Source of the DNA: a virus
Taxonomy: Duplodnaviria > Caudoviricetes
DNA length: 64,000 bases
Virus record (IMG/VR): IMGVR_UViG_3300030330_006022
Location: 1-64,000 of that record
Strand: one strand, 5' to 3'
Below, in pieces: positions 34,072 to 42,082 of this stretch. Within the stretch, counting starts at the first letter, position 1, and each line of letters begins with the position of its first letter. The notes below the pieces were generated by a model. The model made no database searches and was not told the origin of the DNA. It saw only the letters and a program-made list of their open reading frames with translations. The position numbers and the translations under genes are program-made.

Positions 34072-35038
34072 CCAGACAAAAAAGCGTAGGGTACGCATAA
34101 CGGAAAAAAAGAAAAAGTCTAGTGGTAAAAAGGATGCTTGCTATCACAAGGTTCGTTCTCGTTATGACGTATGGCCCTCAGCATATGCCTCTGGTGCTCT
34201 TGTAAAATGTCGTAAAGTTGGAGCAGCTAATTGGGGTAATTCTAAAAAAAACGAAGAGGTAGAAAAACACTCTGAAGATGAAATTTTAGATGCTGAAGAA
34301 GAAAAGAAATTACGCAAAGTGCAAAAACAATTAAAAAAGTCTGTAAAAGCACATGACAAGCAGCAAGAAATTATAGATGATATAGTTGATGAAGCTAAAA
34401 AAAAGAAAGCTGGAACTGAATCTTCAAAAGAATCTTCTCTTCGAGATTGGTTTGGTAGAAAAGGTGCCAAAGGAAAAAAGAAAGGCTGGGTAGATTGTAA
34501 TGCACCTGATGGTAAAGGTGGATATAAATCTTGTGGAAGATCTGATGGTGAAAAAAGATCAAAATACCCTTCTTGTAGACCTACACCTGGTGCTTGTAAA
34601 GAAAAAGGTAAGGGTAAGTCTTGGGGTAAAAAAGCTGCGAAAGCAAGAAAGAATGAGGCATTAAAATATAATGGAGATCCAACAATTTTGGAAGCATTTA
34701 GAGGTGCAACTCTAGATGATGGAACACTTGTTTGTGAAGCCTGTTTATTTGAACAGTTACAGGAAGCATCTTGTGGTTGTCCTAATCTTGTTATGGAAGC
34801 AAAGTACCAAGGAAGAACTGTTACACTCAACAAACCTACTAGGGGTGATGTTAAAAAATTCAAAGTGTATGTTAAAGATCCTAAAACTGGTAATGTTAAA
34901 AAGGTAAATTTTGGTGATCCTAACATGAAGATTAAAAAATCTAATCCAAAACGCAGAAAATCATTTAGAGCAAGACATAATTGTGATAATCCAGGACCTA
35001 AAACAAAAGCAAGGTACTGGTCATGTAAAAAATGGTAA
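34058..35038 (+). CDS. multi-module basic Cys/Trp-rich protein
   Basis: DACYHKV..WPSAYASGALVKCR; LRDWF..GWVDC; AKYQGRTVTL..FRARHNC..ARYWSCKKW. Confidence 0.7.
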   Translation: MNQHDQTKKRRVRITEKKKKSSGKKDACYHKVRSRYDVWPSAYASGALVKCRKVGAANWGNSKKNEEVEKHSEDEILDAEEEKKLRKVQKQLKKSVKAHDKQQEIIDDIVDEAKKKKAGTESSKESSLRDWFGRKGAKGKKKGWVDCNAPDGKGGYKSCGRSDGEKRSKYPSCRPTPGACKEKGKGKSWGKKAAKARKNEALKYNGDPTILEAFRGATLDDGTLVCEACLFEQLQEASCGCPNLVMEAKYQGRTVTLNKPTRGDVKKFKVYVKDPKTGNVKKVNFGDPNMKIKKSNPKRRKSFRARHNCDNPGPKTKARYWSCKKW

Positions 35039-35126
35039 TACATTAATATATTCCAGCTGTATAATGTAAAAATATATTATTATAATAAAAGAAAATATAT
35101 AAAAGAAAAAAATTATATAAAAACAT

Positions 35127-35155
35127 TTGACAAATCCTCCTTAAGATGTTATACT
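35127..35155 (+). promoter_or_regulatory. sigma70-type promoter
   Basis: TTGACA-N17-TATACT, TG extended -10. Confidence 0.7.
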
Positions 35156-35204
35156 GTATTAACAGTTACTAATTAATTTGATAATCCTCCCAGATTATAT
35201 TCAT

Positions 35205-35233
35205 ATTATAACATAGGATAACTAAAATGTCAA
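35205..35233 (-). promoter_or_regulatory. sigma70-type promoter convergent with 35127
   Basis: TTGACA-N17-TATAAT on the minus strand, TG extended -10. Confidence 0.6.
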
Positions 35234-35250
35234 GTAATTTAGATAAAAAA

Positions 35251-36297
35251 ATGAAAATTTCTTTTGATTGGGATAATACTATCTCAATGTCGTACTTAGA
35301 TGAGGACTCTAGAGTACCAAAATTTATACATCAAGGTTATAATCAAGAATATATTGATAAAATGATCAATTATATCAAAGAAGGACATGAAGTTTGGATA
35401 GTAACTTCCAGAGTTAGAGATTTAGAAGATGATTTTCCTAAAGAAAGAATAACTTATCACCTTAGAACTCTAGGTATTATTAATTATTTCCCTCCAGAAC
35501 GTATAATTTATACTAATAGAGAACTAAAAGCACCTACATTGTTACACTTAGGCATTGAATTACATCATGATGATGACTTAGAAGAAATAATTGCTTGTAA
35601 AGAAGCAGGAATTAAGTGTATAAGAGCTTTAGAAATTCATGAAGACTCTGATAAAGTGGCTAAAGGAATTATTGCAGACTCCTCAGGCAAGATTTTGTTG
35701 TTAAAACGTACTGATGGCACAAAAAGATGGGACTTACCCGGTGGTCATGTTAAAGAAGTAGAGTTAGAAAGAGGATATCAAGGCATTACAGACGGTTACG
35801 AAAGAGAAGTAGCAGAAGAAACAGGCTTATTAGTACCTAATGAGCAAGAAATTTATAGATTTGATAACTTTTGGAATGACAAACATACAAAAATAATAAC
35901 ATTTTTTACTCAATTTCCCACAGAAGAACCTCCTGTTGACTTAAAAATACAAGACAAGCTAGAAAACTCTGAGTTTGTTTGGGTTTCAAAGCAAAATTTA
36001 CCAGCTTACCTTAACCATTCTACTGAAGTTTGCAAAGAAGCAGTAGAATATTGGCTTTCTATAGATGATGAAGTACTTAAAGAAGCAGCTTATTTAGCCT
36101 CTCAGTCAAAAAAATGGTTTAAAATGAAAAAACGTCTAGTAGGTTATGGTGGAAACAAACATTCTGGTGGTGGAAAAGGTCACACAAAGCCTAGTTTTAA
36201 AAAATCTAAGTCTGGACCATCCGATTTTTCTGTTTTAGAAGAAGAAATTGAAGATAAAAAATCAATAAAGGTAAAAATAGCAAAAAAAAAAGTTTAA
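35251..36297 (+). CDS. HAD-like + Nudix hydrolase fusion
   Basis: ISFDWDNT, IVTSR, HHDDD (HAD); WDLPGG...REVAEETGL (Nudix box with insertion). Confidence 0.8.
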   Translation: MKISFDWDNTISMSYLDEDSRVPKFIHQGYNQEYIDKMINYIKEGHEVWIVTSRVRDLEDDFPKERITYHLRTLGIINYFPPERIIYTNRELKAPTLLHLGIELHHDDDLEEIIACKEAGIKCIRALEIHEDSDKVAKGIIADSSGKILLLKRTDGTKRWDLPGGHVKEVELERGYQGITDGYEREVAEETGLLVPNEQEIYRFDNFWNDKHTKIITFFTQFPTEEPPVDLKIQDKLENSEFVWVSKQNLPAYLNHSTEVCKEAVEYWLSIDDEVLKEAAYLASQSKKWFKMKKRLVGYGGNKHSGGGKGHTKPSFKKSKSGPSDFSVLEEEIEDKKSIKVKIAKKKV

Positions 36298-36302
36298 ATT
36301 CT

Positions 36303-36647
36303 ATGCTTGATAACCTTATACGTGATTTAGAGACTAAAACGACAAAAGAATACAAAAGTGAGTGGGATATAACGTTAGAAAAGCACTATACTAAGCTCTG
36401 GTCACTAATTTGCGATAAAAAATCAGTTATGTTACAGCCAATTCACCTAAATATTCCAGAAAAACAATTATTTTACTCAAAATCTGATAAAAAGAACTTA
36501 TTTCTTGGACCTACATGGCAAATGTACTTAGTTTCTGAAAAAATAGACGAAAATGGACGTGTTATGGTATATTCACCTTATTTATTTGCACAAGGACAGA
36601 TATTTTTAGTACCAAAGGAGCTAATAATACGTCTTGGGTACAATTAA
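36303..36647 (+). CDS. hypothetical protein
   Basis: ORF in operon. Confidence 0.55.
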   Translation: MLDNLIRDLETKTTKEYKSEWDITLEKHYTKLWSLICDKKSVMLQPIHLNIPEKQLFYSKSDKKNLFLGPTWQMYLVSEKIDENGRVMVYSPYLFAQGQIFLVPKELIIRLGYN

Positions 36648-36773
36648 ATGGAAAATTTTGTACAAAAAATCGTTTTATACACTATTTTAAGCCTATTTTG
36701 GCTTATTTTTTATCATTTTGTAGGTTTTGAGGTGTGTGTAATACTAATTTTACTAATTATTATGACAAAATGA
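36648..36773 (+). CDS. 41-aa membrane peptide (not in ORF track)
   Basis: MENFVQKIVLYTILSLFWLIFYHFVGFEVCVILILLIIMTK fills the gap. Confidence 0.4.
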   Translation: MENFVQKIVLYTILSLFWLIFYHFVGFEVCVILILLIIMTK

Positions 36774-36782
36774 GGGCAAATT

Positions 36783-37190
36783 ATGAAAATTTCTAAAGAA
36801 AAACTACAAAAAATCATCAAAGAAGAGCTAGAAATGGCTCAAAATACCTCTGAAATGGCCTATTCTGGTCCTAAAATGGGTGCTAAAATGGACGATTTAG
36901 AGGGTGAAATGGCTAAAAATCAACTACTTCACGTTGCTAAATATGCTATTGCAATGGCTAGCAAGCTTGATGATAACCAAGAATTAGAATCTTGGGTTCA
37001 ATCTAAACTAACTTTAGCTAAAGATTATGTATCAAAAGTTAAACATTATCTTGAAAATGAGTTACAAGTAGATATGCCTGAGCCCTCTAATGAAGATATA
37101 GAACAAATAATGAAAAAATGCGAACAACAGGGTACTGAAAAGAAAAACTATGCTGGTGAAGGCAAATTTTATTATGACATCGGACAATAA
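36783..37190 (+). CDS. tagged conserved phage protein
   Basis: MKISKEKLQKIIKEEL; EGEMAKNQL..LESWVQSKLTLAKDYVSKVKHYLE. Confidence 0.7.
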   Translation: MKISKEKLQKIIKEELEMAQNTSEMAYSGPKMGAKMDDLEGEMAKNQLLHVAKYAIAMASKLDDNQELESWVQSKLTLAKDYVSKVKHYLENELQVDMPEPSNEDIEQIMKKCEQQGTEKKNYAGEGKFYYDIGQ

Positions 37191-37200
37191 GGAGGAGAAA

Positions 37201-37434
37201 TTGCTTGGTGGACTATATGTAGATAAATTTAAAATAGGTCAATATGTTGAGTGGAGATCAATAATAAGAGATAAAAACTATGAAGAAACAGTAAAAACAC
37301 ACCAAGGCTTGATAACTGATGTTCTTGCTGTCGATGTAGGATCTAGAAATGTTTGGTATGCTAAAGTACTGAGAAATGATGGAAAAGAAGATTTGATTTT
37401 ACTATCAAAAATAAGAAAAATAGAAACTAATTAA
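37201..37434 (+). CDS. SH3-like hypothetical protein
   Basis: GGAGG + TTG (start uncertain); KFKIGQYVEW. Confidence 0.5.
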   Translation: MLGGLYVDKFKIGQYVEWRSIIRDKNYEETVKTHQGLITDVLAVDVGSRNVWYAKVLRNDGKEDLILLSKIRKIETN

Positions 37435-37437
37435 ATT

Positions 37438-38331
37438 ATGCCTTGCAAAATAAACAATAATTCCAATTTTGATGTATCTGAAGTAGAAGACCTCTTACAA
37501 GATTTGTTTTCTTTTTCTCAAAATCGTTTTGGTTTTCAAAAACCACCAGTTCTAAACCTAATGTCTGATGAAAATAACACGTCTCCATTAGGAAAAACAG
37601 CTCACTATGATCCTAATAGTATGGAAATTACCATTTACGTTGATGGTAGACACCCAAAGGACATAATGAGATCGTTTTCACACGAACTAGTACACCATAA
37701 CCAGAATGAAAATGGAATGTTTGACAATATACAGGGAGATAATGAAGATGGATATGCACAATCTAATCCTCATTTGAGAAAAATGGAAAAAGAAGCCTAT
37801 TTAAAAGGCAACATGTGCTTTCGAGATTGGGAGGATGGCTATAAATCTTCCAATCCAAACATTTTAAATGAAAGGAGAATATATAAAATGTCAATAAAAG
37901 ATTGGAAAGATAAAGAACTTAACACACTTCTTAATGAACGTTGGGGTTTTTCAATGGATTTAAGTAAACTTAATGAAAATAAAAAACCTGACTTCCCAGA
38001 TGTTGATGGCGATGGGGATAGAGAAGAACCTATTTCAAAAGCTCAAAAAGATAAAAAAGAAAAAGGTGGAGACGATAAGTCTAAAAAGAAAGCTAAAAAA
38101 GGTGAAATCCCACCACAACTAAAACAGCATGTAAAAGGAAAAAAAGAAGAATCAGAAGAAGAAGAAGTAAAAGAATCAGAAGATAAAAAAGAAAAATTCA
38201 AAAAAGGCTTGAAAGGTGAATTAGACGATACAGCAGATCAAAAAGTAGACCCAAAACTAAAGCAAAAAATAATAGATTCTTTAACTATATCTCAACTACA
38301 AGCTGCTTTAGATAAAAAGAAAAATAAATAA
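37438..38331 (+). CDS. HEXXH zinc metallopeptidase-like protein with charged C-terminal extension
   Basis: GRHPKDIMRSFSHELVHH..MEKEAY. Confidence 0.7.
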   Translation: MPCKINNNSNFDVSEVEDLLQDLFSFSQNRFGFQKPPVLNLMSDENNTSPLGKTAHYDPNSMEITIYVDGRHPKDIMRSFSHELVHHNQNENGMFDNIQGDNEDGYAQSNPHLRKMEKEAYLKGNMCFRDWEDGYKSSNPNILNERRIYKMSIKDWKDKELNTLLNERWGFSMDLSKLNENKKPDFPDVDGDGDREEPISKAQKDKKEKGGDDKSKKKAKKGEIPPQLKQHVKGKKEESEEEEVKESEDKKEKFKKGLKGELDDTADQKVDPKLKQKIIDSLTISQLQAALDKKKNK

Positions 38332-39299
38332 TGAAAATAAAAGTAAATAAAAAAATAAAAGAAAGCTCAGCAATGGGAGCAGGTGGTATGCAAGGTTTTT
38401 CTGGGCATATGGTCAATAATGGCTCCCGTAAAAAGGAAAAAAAAGATATGCGAATACAAGAAGAAGAATTAACAGAAAAATTGATGCGAAAATATATCCG
38501 TAACAAAATTCGTCAAAACTTGTATGAAGAAAAAAAACAACAAGAAGCTGAAGAGCATAAGTTGAGACTGGTTATTAGGTCTCTTATAAAAGAAGCAAAA
38601 GAAGCAGCTAATCCTCACCCAAATACTGGTATTAACAAACTTCGAGATGCATTTCGTAAAGCCAAACCTACTTTAAAAACAAAGTATCAACAACTTACTT
38701 CTTCCAAAGAACAAAGAGAGACTTTTGCTGCTCATATGTTAAGAGCGTTTGTTCGCTTATTTGATGAACTGGATGCTCTTCAAGCAAAAGGTGATGTTGA
38801 AGGCGAAATAGAAGATATTGAAACAGCAGTTGGTGAAGCTCCAGGATTGGGTCTAGAAGCTCCTCCAGAAGATCAAGAGGCTGATGATGTTGAAGATGAA
38901 ATTGAAGACCTCTTAGAGGCTATTTTAAAAGAAGTTGCCGTTGATGTAAAAACAGATGATGAAATAGATGTTGTTTCTGATGAAGAAGAAAAACAAAAAG
39001 AAGATAACAAAACACAAGCAGAAAAAGATTTTGATAAGAAAAAAGAATCTGATAAAGAAAAAGAAGAGTTTGGTGCTGGTCTAGATGGCGATGCCACAGG
39101 ACGCAATCAAGCATTTGATGCTTTTCGTTTGGTTCAAACTTATTTTTCTGATGCTTACTTAGATCTATCAAACGAAGAAGATCAAAAAATGTATCGTGAT
39201 TGGTGTCTATATAACATGAAACTGTTATTTCAAAACTTTGAAGAATCTCTCCCAACTAATCCTGAAGAACCAAATATTGAAAATCCTGAAGGTGCTTAA
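38331..39299 (+). CDS. acidic hypothetical protein, probable virion protein
   Basis: MKIKVNKKIKES; LRLVIRSLIKE; TGINKL. Confidence 0.6.
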   Translation: MKIKVNKKIKESSAMGAGGMQGFSGHMVNNGSRKKEKKDMRIQEEELTEKLMRKYIRNKIRQNLYEEKKQQEAEEHKLRLVIRSLIKEAKEAANPHPNTGINKLRDAFRKAKPTLKTKYQQLTSSKEQRETFAAHMLRAFVRLFDELDALQAKGDVEGEIEDIETAVGEAPGLGLEAPPEDQEADDVEDEIEDLLEAILKEVAVDVKTDDEIDVVSDEEEKQKEDNKTQAEKDFDKKKESDKEKEEFGAGLDGDATGRNQAFDAFRLVQTYFSDAYLDLSNEEDQKMYRDWCLYNMKLLFQNFEESLPTNPEEPNIENPEGA

Positions 39300-39652
39300 T
39301 GTGGCAAAAAAAGCGAAATGAAGTGAAGGGTAAGTCTTATTATTATTCTACTATTAATCGCCTACAGAAAGAAAAGAAAATTGACGAAGTTTTCCTCTCA
39401 AGAATCAATCAATTAACTTTAGAAGAATTGATAGCTGTTAAACTAGAAGCTGCAGCTAGATTCATTAATCACAAATTATATGGTTTTCCAATATGGAAAT
39501 CATTACATTATGTTTGCAGAGAGGCAGTGCTAATGTTCGCACTTTCTTCAACAAGGTCTATTAACGATGCGGCATCATTTTTGGGCATATCTCAATCAGA
39601 AATAAAAGAAAATATAAAAAAATATCAAATTTCTCTTGACAACAAAGAATAA
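39299..39652 (+). CDS. Fis-family (HTH_8-like) DNA-binding protein
   Basis: EAVLMFALSSTRSINDAASFLGISQSEIKENIKKYQI resembles the Fis/NtrC C-terminal HTH. Confidence 0.6.
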   Translation: MWQKKRNEVKGKSYYYSTINRLQKEKKIDEVFLSRINQLTLEELIAVKLEAAARFINHKLYGFPIWKSLHYVCREAVLMFALSSTRSINDAASFLGISQSEIKENIKKYQISLDNKE

Positions 39653-39664
39653 ACGTGTTATAAT
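39636..39664 (+). promoter_or_regulatory. sigma70-type promoter
   Basis: TTGACA-N17-TATAAT. Confidence 0.8.
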
Positions 39665-39689
39665 ATTATTATTAATCTTTGGAGAGAGG

Positions 39690-40490
39690 ATGAAAAAAAT
39701 AGTTTTATTTGACATGGATGGCACACTAACACCACCAAGAAAAGAATTAGATCGTGATTTGATTCCTGCGTTACGAGAACTCGCTAAAATAAGCGATATC
39801 GGAATTGTTACTGGATCTGATCATAATTACGTTTTGCAACAAATGGGCTTGTTGATGGAGAATAGTGAGATACGTTACAAATTACATATCCTCCCCTGTA
39901 ACGGCACAAAATATTATCCTCCTCCCCAAGCTGCCACTCACTCGCACCAACTAGCCTTCGAAAAAAACATGAGAGAAGAATTAGGTGAATTGGGATTTAC
40001 TACAATCATGCGACATATTCTTCAACGACAAGCCCAGTTGCATCTTTATAACATTCCAATGACAGGACATTTTGTAGACTATAGAGGCTCTATGATTAAC
40101 TGGTGTCCTATAGGAAGAAATGCTAATGATAATGATAGAGAAAGGTTTATCTTATTTGACAAAGACAATTCAGATTTTAGAATGGGAGAGATTAGATCTT
40201 TTACAAAATTTTTAGAAAGAAGTTTTATGAAAGATAGATTACAAATAAAATTAGGTGGAGAAACATCTTTTGATATTTATCCTATAGGTTGGAATAAAAC
40301 CTTTGCTCTTCAACATTTTGAAGATTATCAATGTTGGTTCGTTGGAGATCGTTGTGGAGAAAATGGAAATGATCAAGCTATTTATGAAAGGCTTAGGGTT
40401 CATGGAAGATCTTTTGAAGTAAAATCAACAAAAGATACTTTAAATTTAATTTTTGATGAAATAATCCCAAGAATCGCTAACGACAGATAG
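39690..40490 (+). CDS. phosphomannomutase, eukaryote-type HAD IIB (PMM2/Sec53-like)
   Basis: LFDMDGTLTPPR, VTGSD, RGSMINWCPIGR, GGETSFDIYPIGWNKT, FVGDR..GND. Confidence 0.88.
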   Translation: MKKIVLFDMDGTLTPPRKELDRDLIPALRELAKISDIGIVTGSDHNYVLQQMGLLMENSEIRYKLHILPCNGTKYYPPPQAATHSHQLAFEKNMREELGELGFTTIMRHILQRQAQLHLYNIPMTGHFVDYRGSMINWCPIGRNANDNDRERFILFDKDNSDFRMGEIRSFTKFLERSFMKDRLQIKLGGETSFDIYPIGWNKTFALQHFEDYQCWFVGDRCGENGNDQAIYERLRVHGRSFEVKSTKDTLNLIFDEIIPRIANDR

Positions 40491-40495
40491 GTTTT

Positions 40496-40825
40496 ATGAT
40501 TATGAAAATTTTTTATTTAAATCGCCTTGAGGATGAATCTGGTGTTTCTGGCACTGGACGAGTTGCTCAAGGTTTTATTTTTGATAACGGTAAAGTTGCC
40601 CTAACTTGGTTATCGGAACATCCATCAGTTACAATTTATGACAACATAGGAGAGGTACACGCTATACACTCTCACGATGGAAAAACAGAAGTCGAGATGT
40701 TACCTGATTTTAAAAGAGCGTTTAATGAACTTAAATCATTTATTGAAAATTTTTCTCTTTCTGAAGTATGCATTTCTAAGGTTTCACCTGAGTCACCAGC
40801 AGGAAAACTGATAACTAAAAACTAG
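40496..40825 (+). CDS. conserved phage hypothetical protein
   Basis: R.ED.SGVSGTG.VA.G..F..G...W motif. Confidence 0.7.
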   Translation: MIMKIFYLNRLEDESGVSGTGRVAQGFIFDNGKVALTWLSEHPSVTIYDNIGEVHAIHSHDGKTEVEMLPDFKRAFNELKSFIENFSLSEVCISKVSPESPAGKLITKN

Positions 40826-40832
40826 TTATGAA

Positions 40833-41324
40833 GTGGATAAATTATATACATTAAAGCTGGACGCATCGTGGAGGCCCATAGAAGTTATTGACGCTTTTAA
40901 GGGCGTAAATATGGTGCTAGGAGGCCGTGCGAGAGTCTTGGAGTGTTATGACACCGGACCACATCCAACGGTCAAATTTCCGGCTGTTATAGTCCTTAAA
41001 ACATACATACACAAACGGAAGTTTACAATGACCTGTAATCGGAAAAATGTCGTTTGGAGAGATAAAAACACCTGTCAATATTGTGGAGGTGTTTTTTCTT
41101 TTAAAGATTTAACAATGGATCATGTTCTTCCCCAATATCATGGTGGAGAAAAAACATGGGAAAATATTGTTTCTGCCTGTAAAAGGTGTAATGGAAAGAA
41201 AGGTCATAAAAAACTTGAAGAAATTTCAATGAATCTCTTGACAAAACCAAAAAAACCTGCTATAACTATAAGAGACTATTATAGACAAATAAGGTTTCCC
41301 GAATGTTGGGATAAGTATATTTAA
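40833..41324 (+). CDS. HNH endonuclease
   Basis: RD..CQYCG..TMDHVLP..GG..WENIVSAC..CN..KG. Confidence 0.9.
   Translation: MDKLYTLKLDASWRPIEVIDAFKGVNMVLGGRARVLECYDTGPHPTVKFPAVIVLKTYIHKRKFTMTCNRKNVVWRDKNTCQYCGGVFSFKDLTMDHVLPQYHGGEKTWENIVSACKRCNGKKGHKKLEEISMNLLTKPKKPAITIRDYYRQIRFPECWDKYI
41238..41266 (+). promoter_or_regulatory. sigma70-type promoter inside the HNH gene
   Basis: TTGACA-N17-TATAAC, TG extended -10. Confidence 0.55.
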
Positions 41325-41334
41325 AGGAGAAAAG

Positions 41335-41769
41335 ATGAATAAACCTAATATTGTTGCCGTGAGCGGAGGCTTTGATCCTGTTCACATTGGACATGTTCGC
41401 ATGATACAAGATGCTTCACTTCATGGTGATGTGTTGGTTATAATTAATTCGGATGCATGGCTGATGCGAAAAAAAGGATATGTCTTTATGCCATGGGAAG
41501 AAAGAGCTGAAATCATGGGAAATATAAAAGGTGTTAAATATGTAACACATGTGGACGACTCAGATGGAACAGTTTGTGAAGCACTTAGTAGAATGAAACC
41601 AGATATTTTTGCTAATGGTGGCGATCGTAAAACCGAAAATACACCAGAAATGAATTTGTGTGATCATATTGGAATTGAAATGATGTGGGCTGTTGGAGGT
41701 AGTGACAAACCACAATCCTCATCTTGGTTAGTTAATAAATTAAAGGAGAATAAAAATGGACTCAAATGA
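41335..41769 (+). CDS. cytidylyltransferase-family nucleotidyltransferase
   Basis: SGGFDPVHIGH, FANGGDR, KPQSSSW. Confidence 0.88.
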   Translation: MNKPNIVAVSGGFDPVHIGHVRMIQDASLHGDVLVIINSDAWLMRKKGYVFMPWEERAEIMGNIKGVKYVTHVDDSDGTVCEALSRMKPDIFANGGDRKTENTPEMNLCDHIGIEMMWAVGGSDKPQSSSWLVNKLKENKNGLK

Positions 41770-42010
41770 ATTTTCAGAAAAATTAATGAGATTGTCATTG
41801 GACTTACAAAATTGGCCTCAATCAAAACAAAGACAATTTACAGAATTGCTTTATGCTGCAAAGAAAGCATATGAAATAGGATTGACACAAGAACAGATAC
41901 AATTAATTGTAGTATCTGCCATACAAATAGCCAAAAACCCAGATATAAAACAATTATTTTCTGTTTTAACTGGAGAGTTTGATATAAATCCTGATGATGA
42001 TTTTCAATAA
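41756..42010 (+). CDS. hypothetical protein
   Basis: AAGGAG RBS. Confidence 0.6.
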   Translation: MDSNEFSEKLMRLSLDLQNWPQSKQRQFTELLYAAKKAYEIGLTQEQIQLIVVSAIQIAKNPDIKQLFSVLTGEFDINPDDDFQ

Positions 42011-42022
42011 TTAATAAACAAG

Positions 42023-42047
42023 AGCGAGGAGAAATCCTCGCTTTTTT
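42023..42047 (+). terminator. intrinsic terminator
   Basis: AGCGAGGA-gaaa-TCCTCGCT followed by a T-tract. Confidence 0.85.
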
Positions 42048-42082
42048 GCTATTTATAAGTAAATTGTTGTTGAGGTATAAGA

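Noticed and set aside
34162-35043. 293-aa minus-strand ORF
   Set aside because: Antisense shadow of the lysine-rich + strand gene; F/L/S-rich composition and no RBS.
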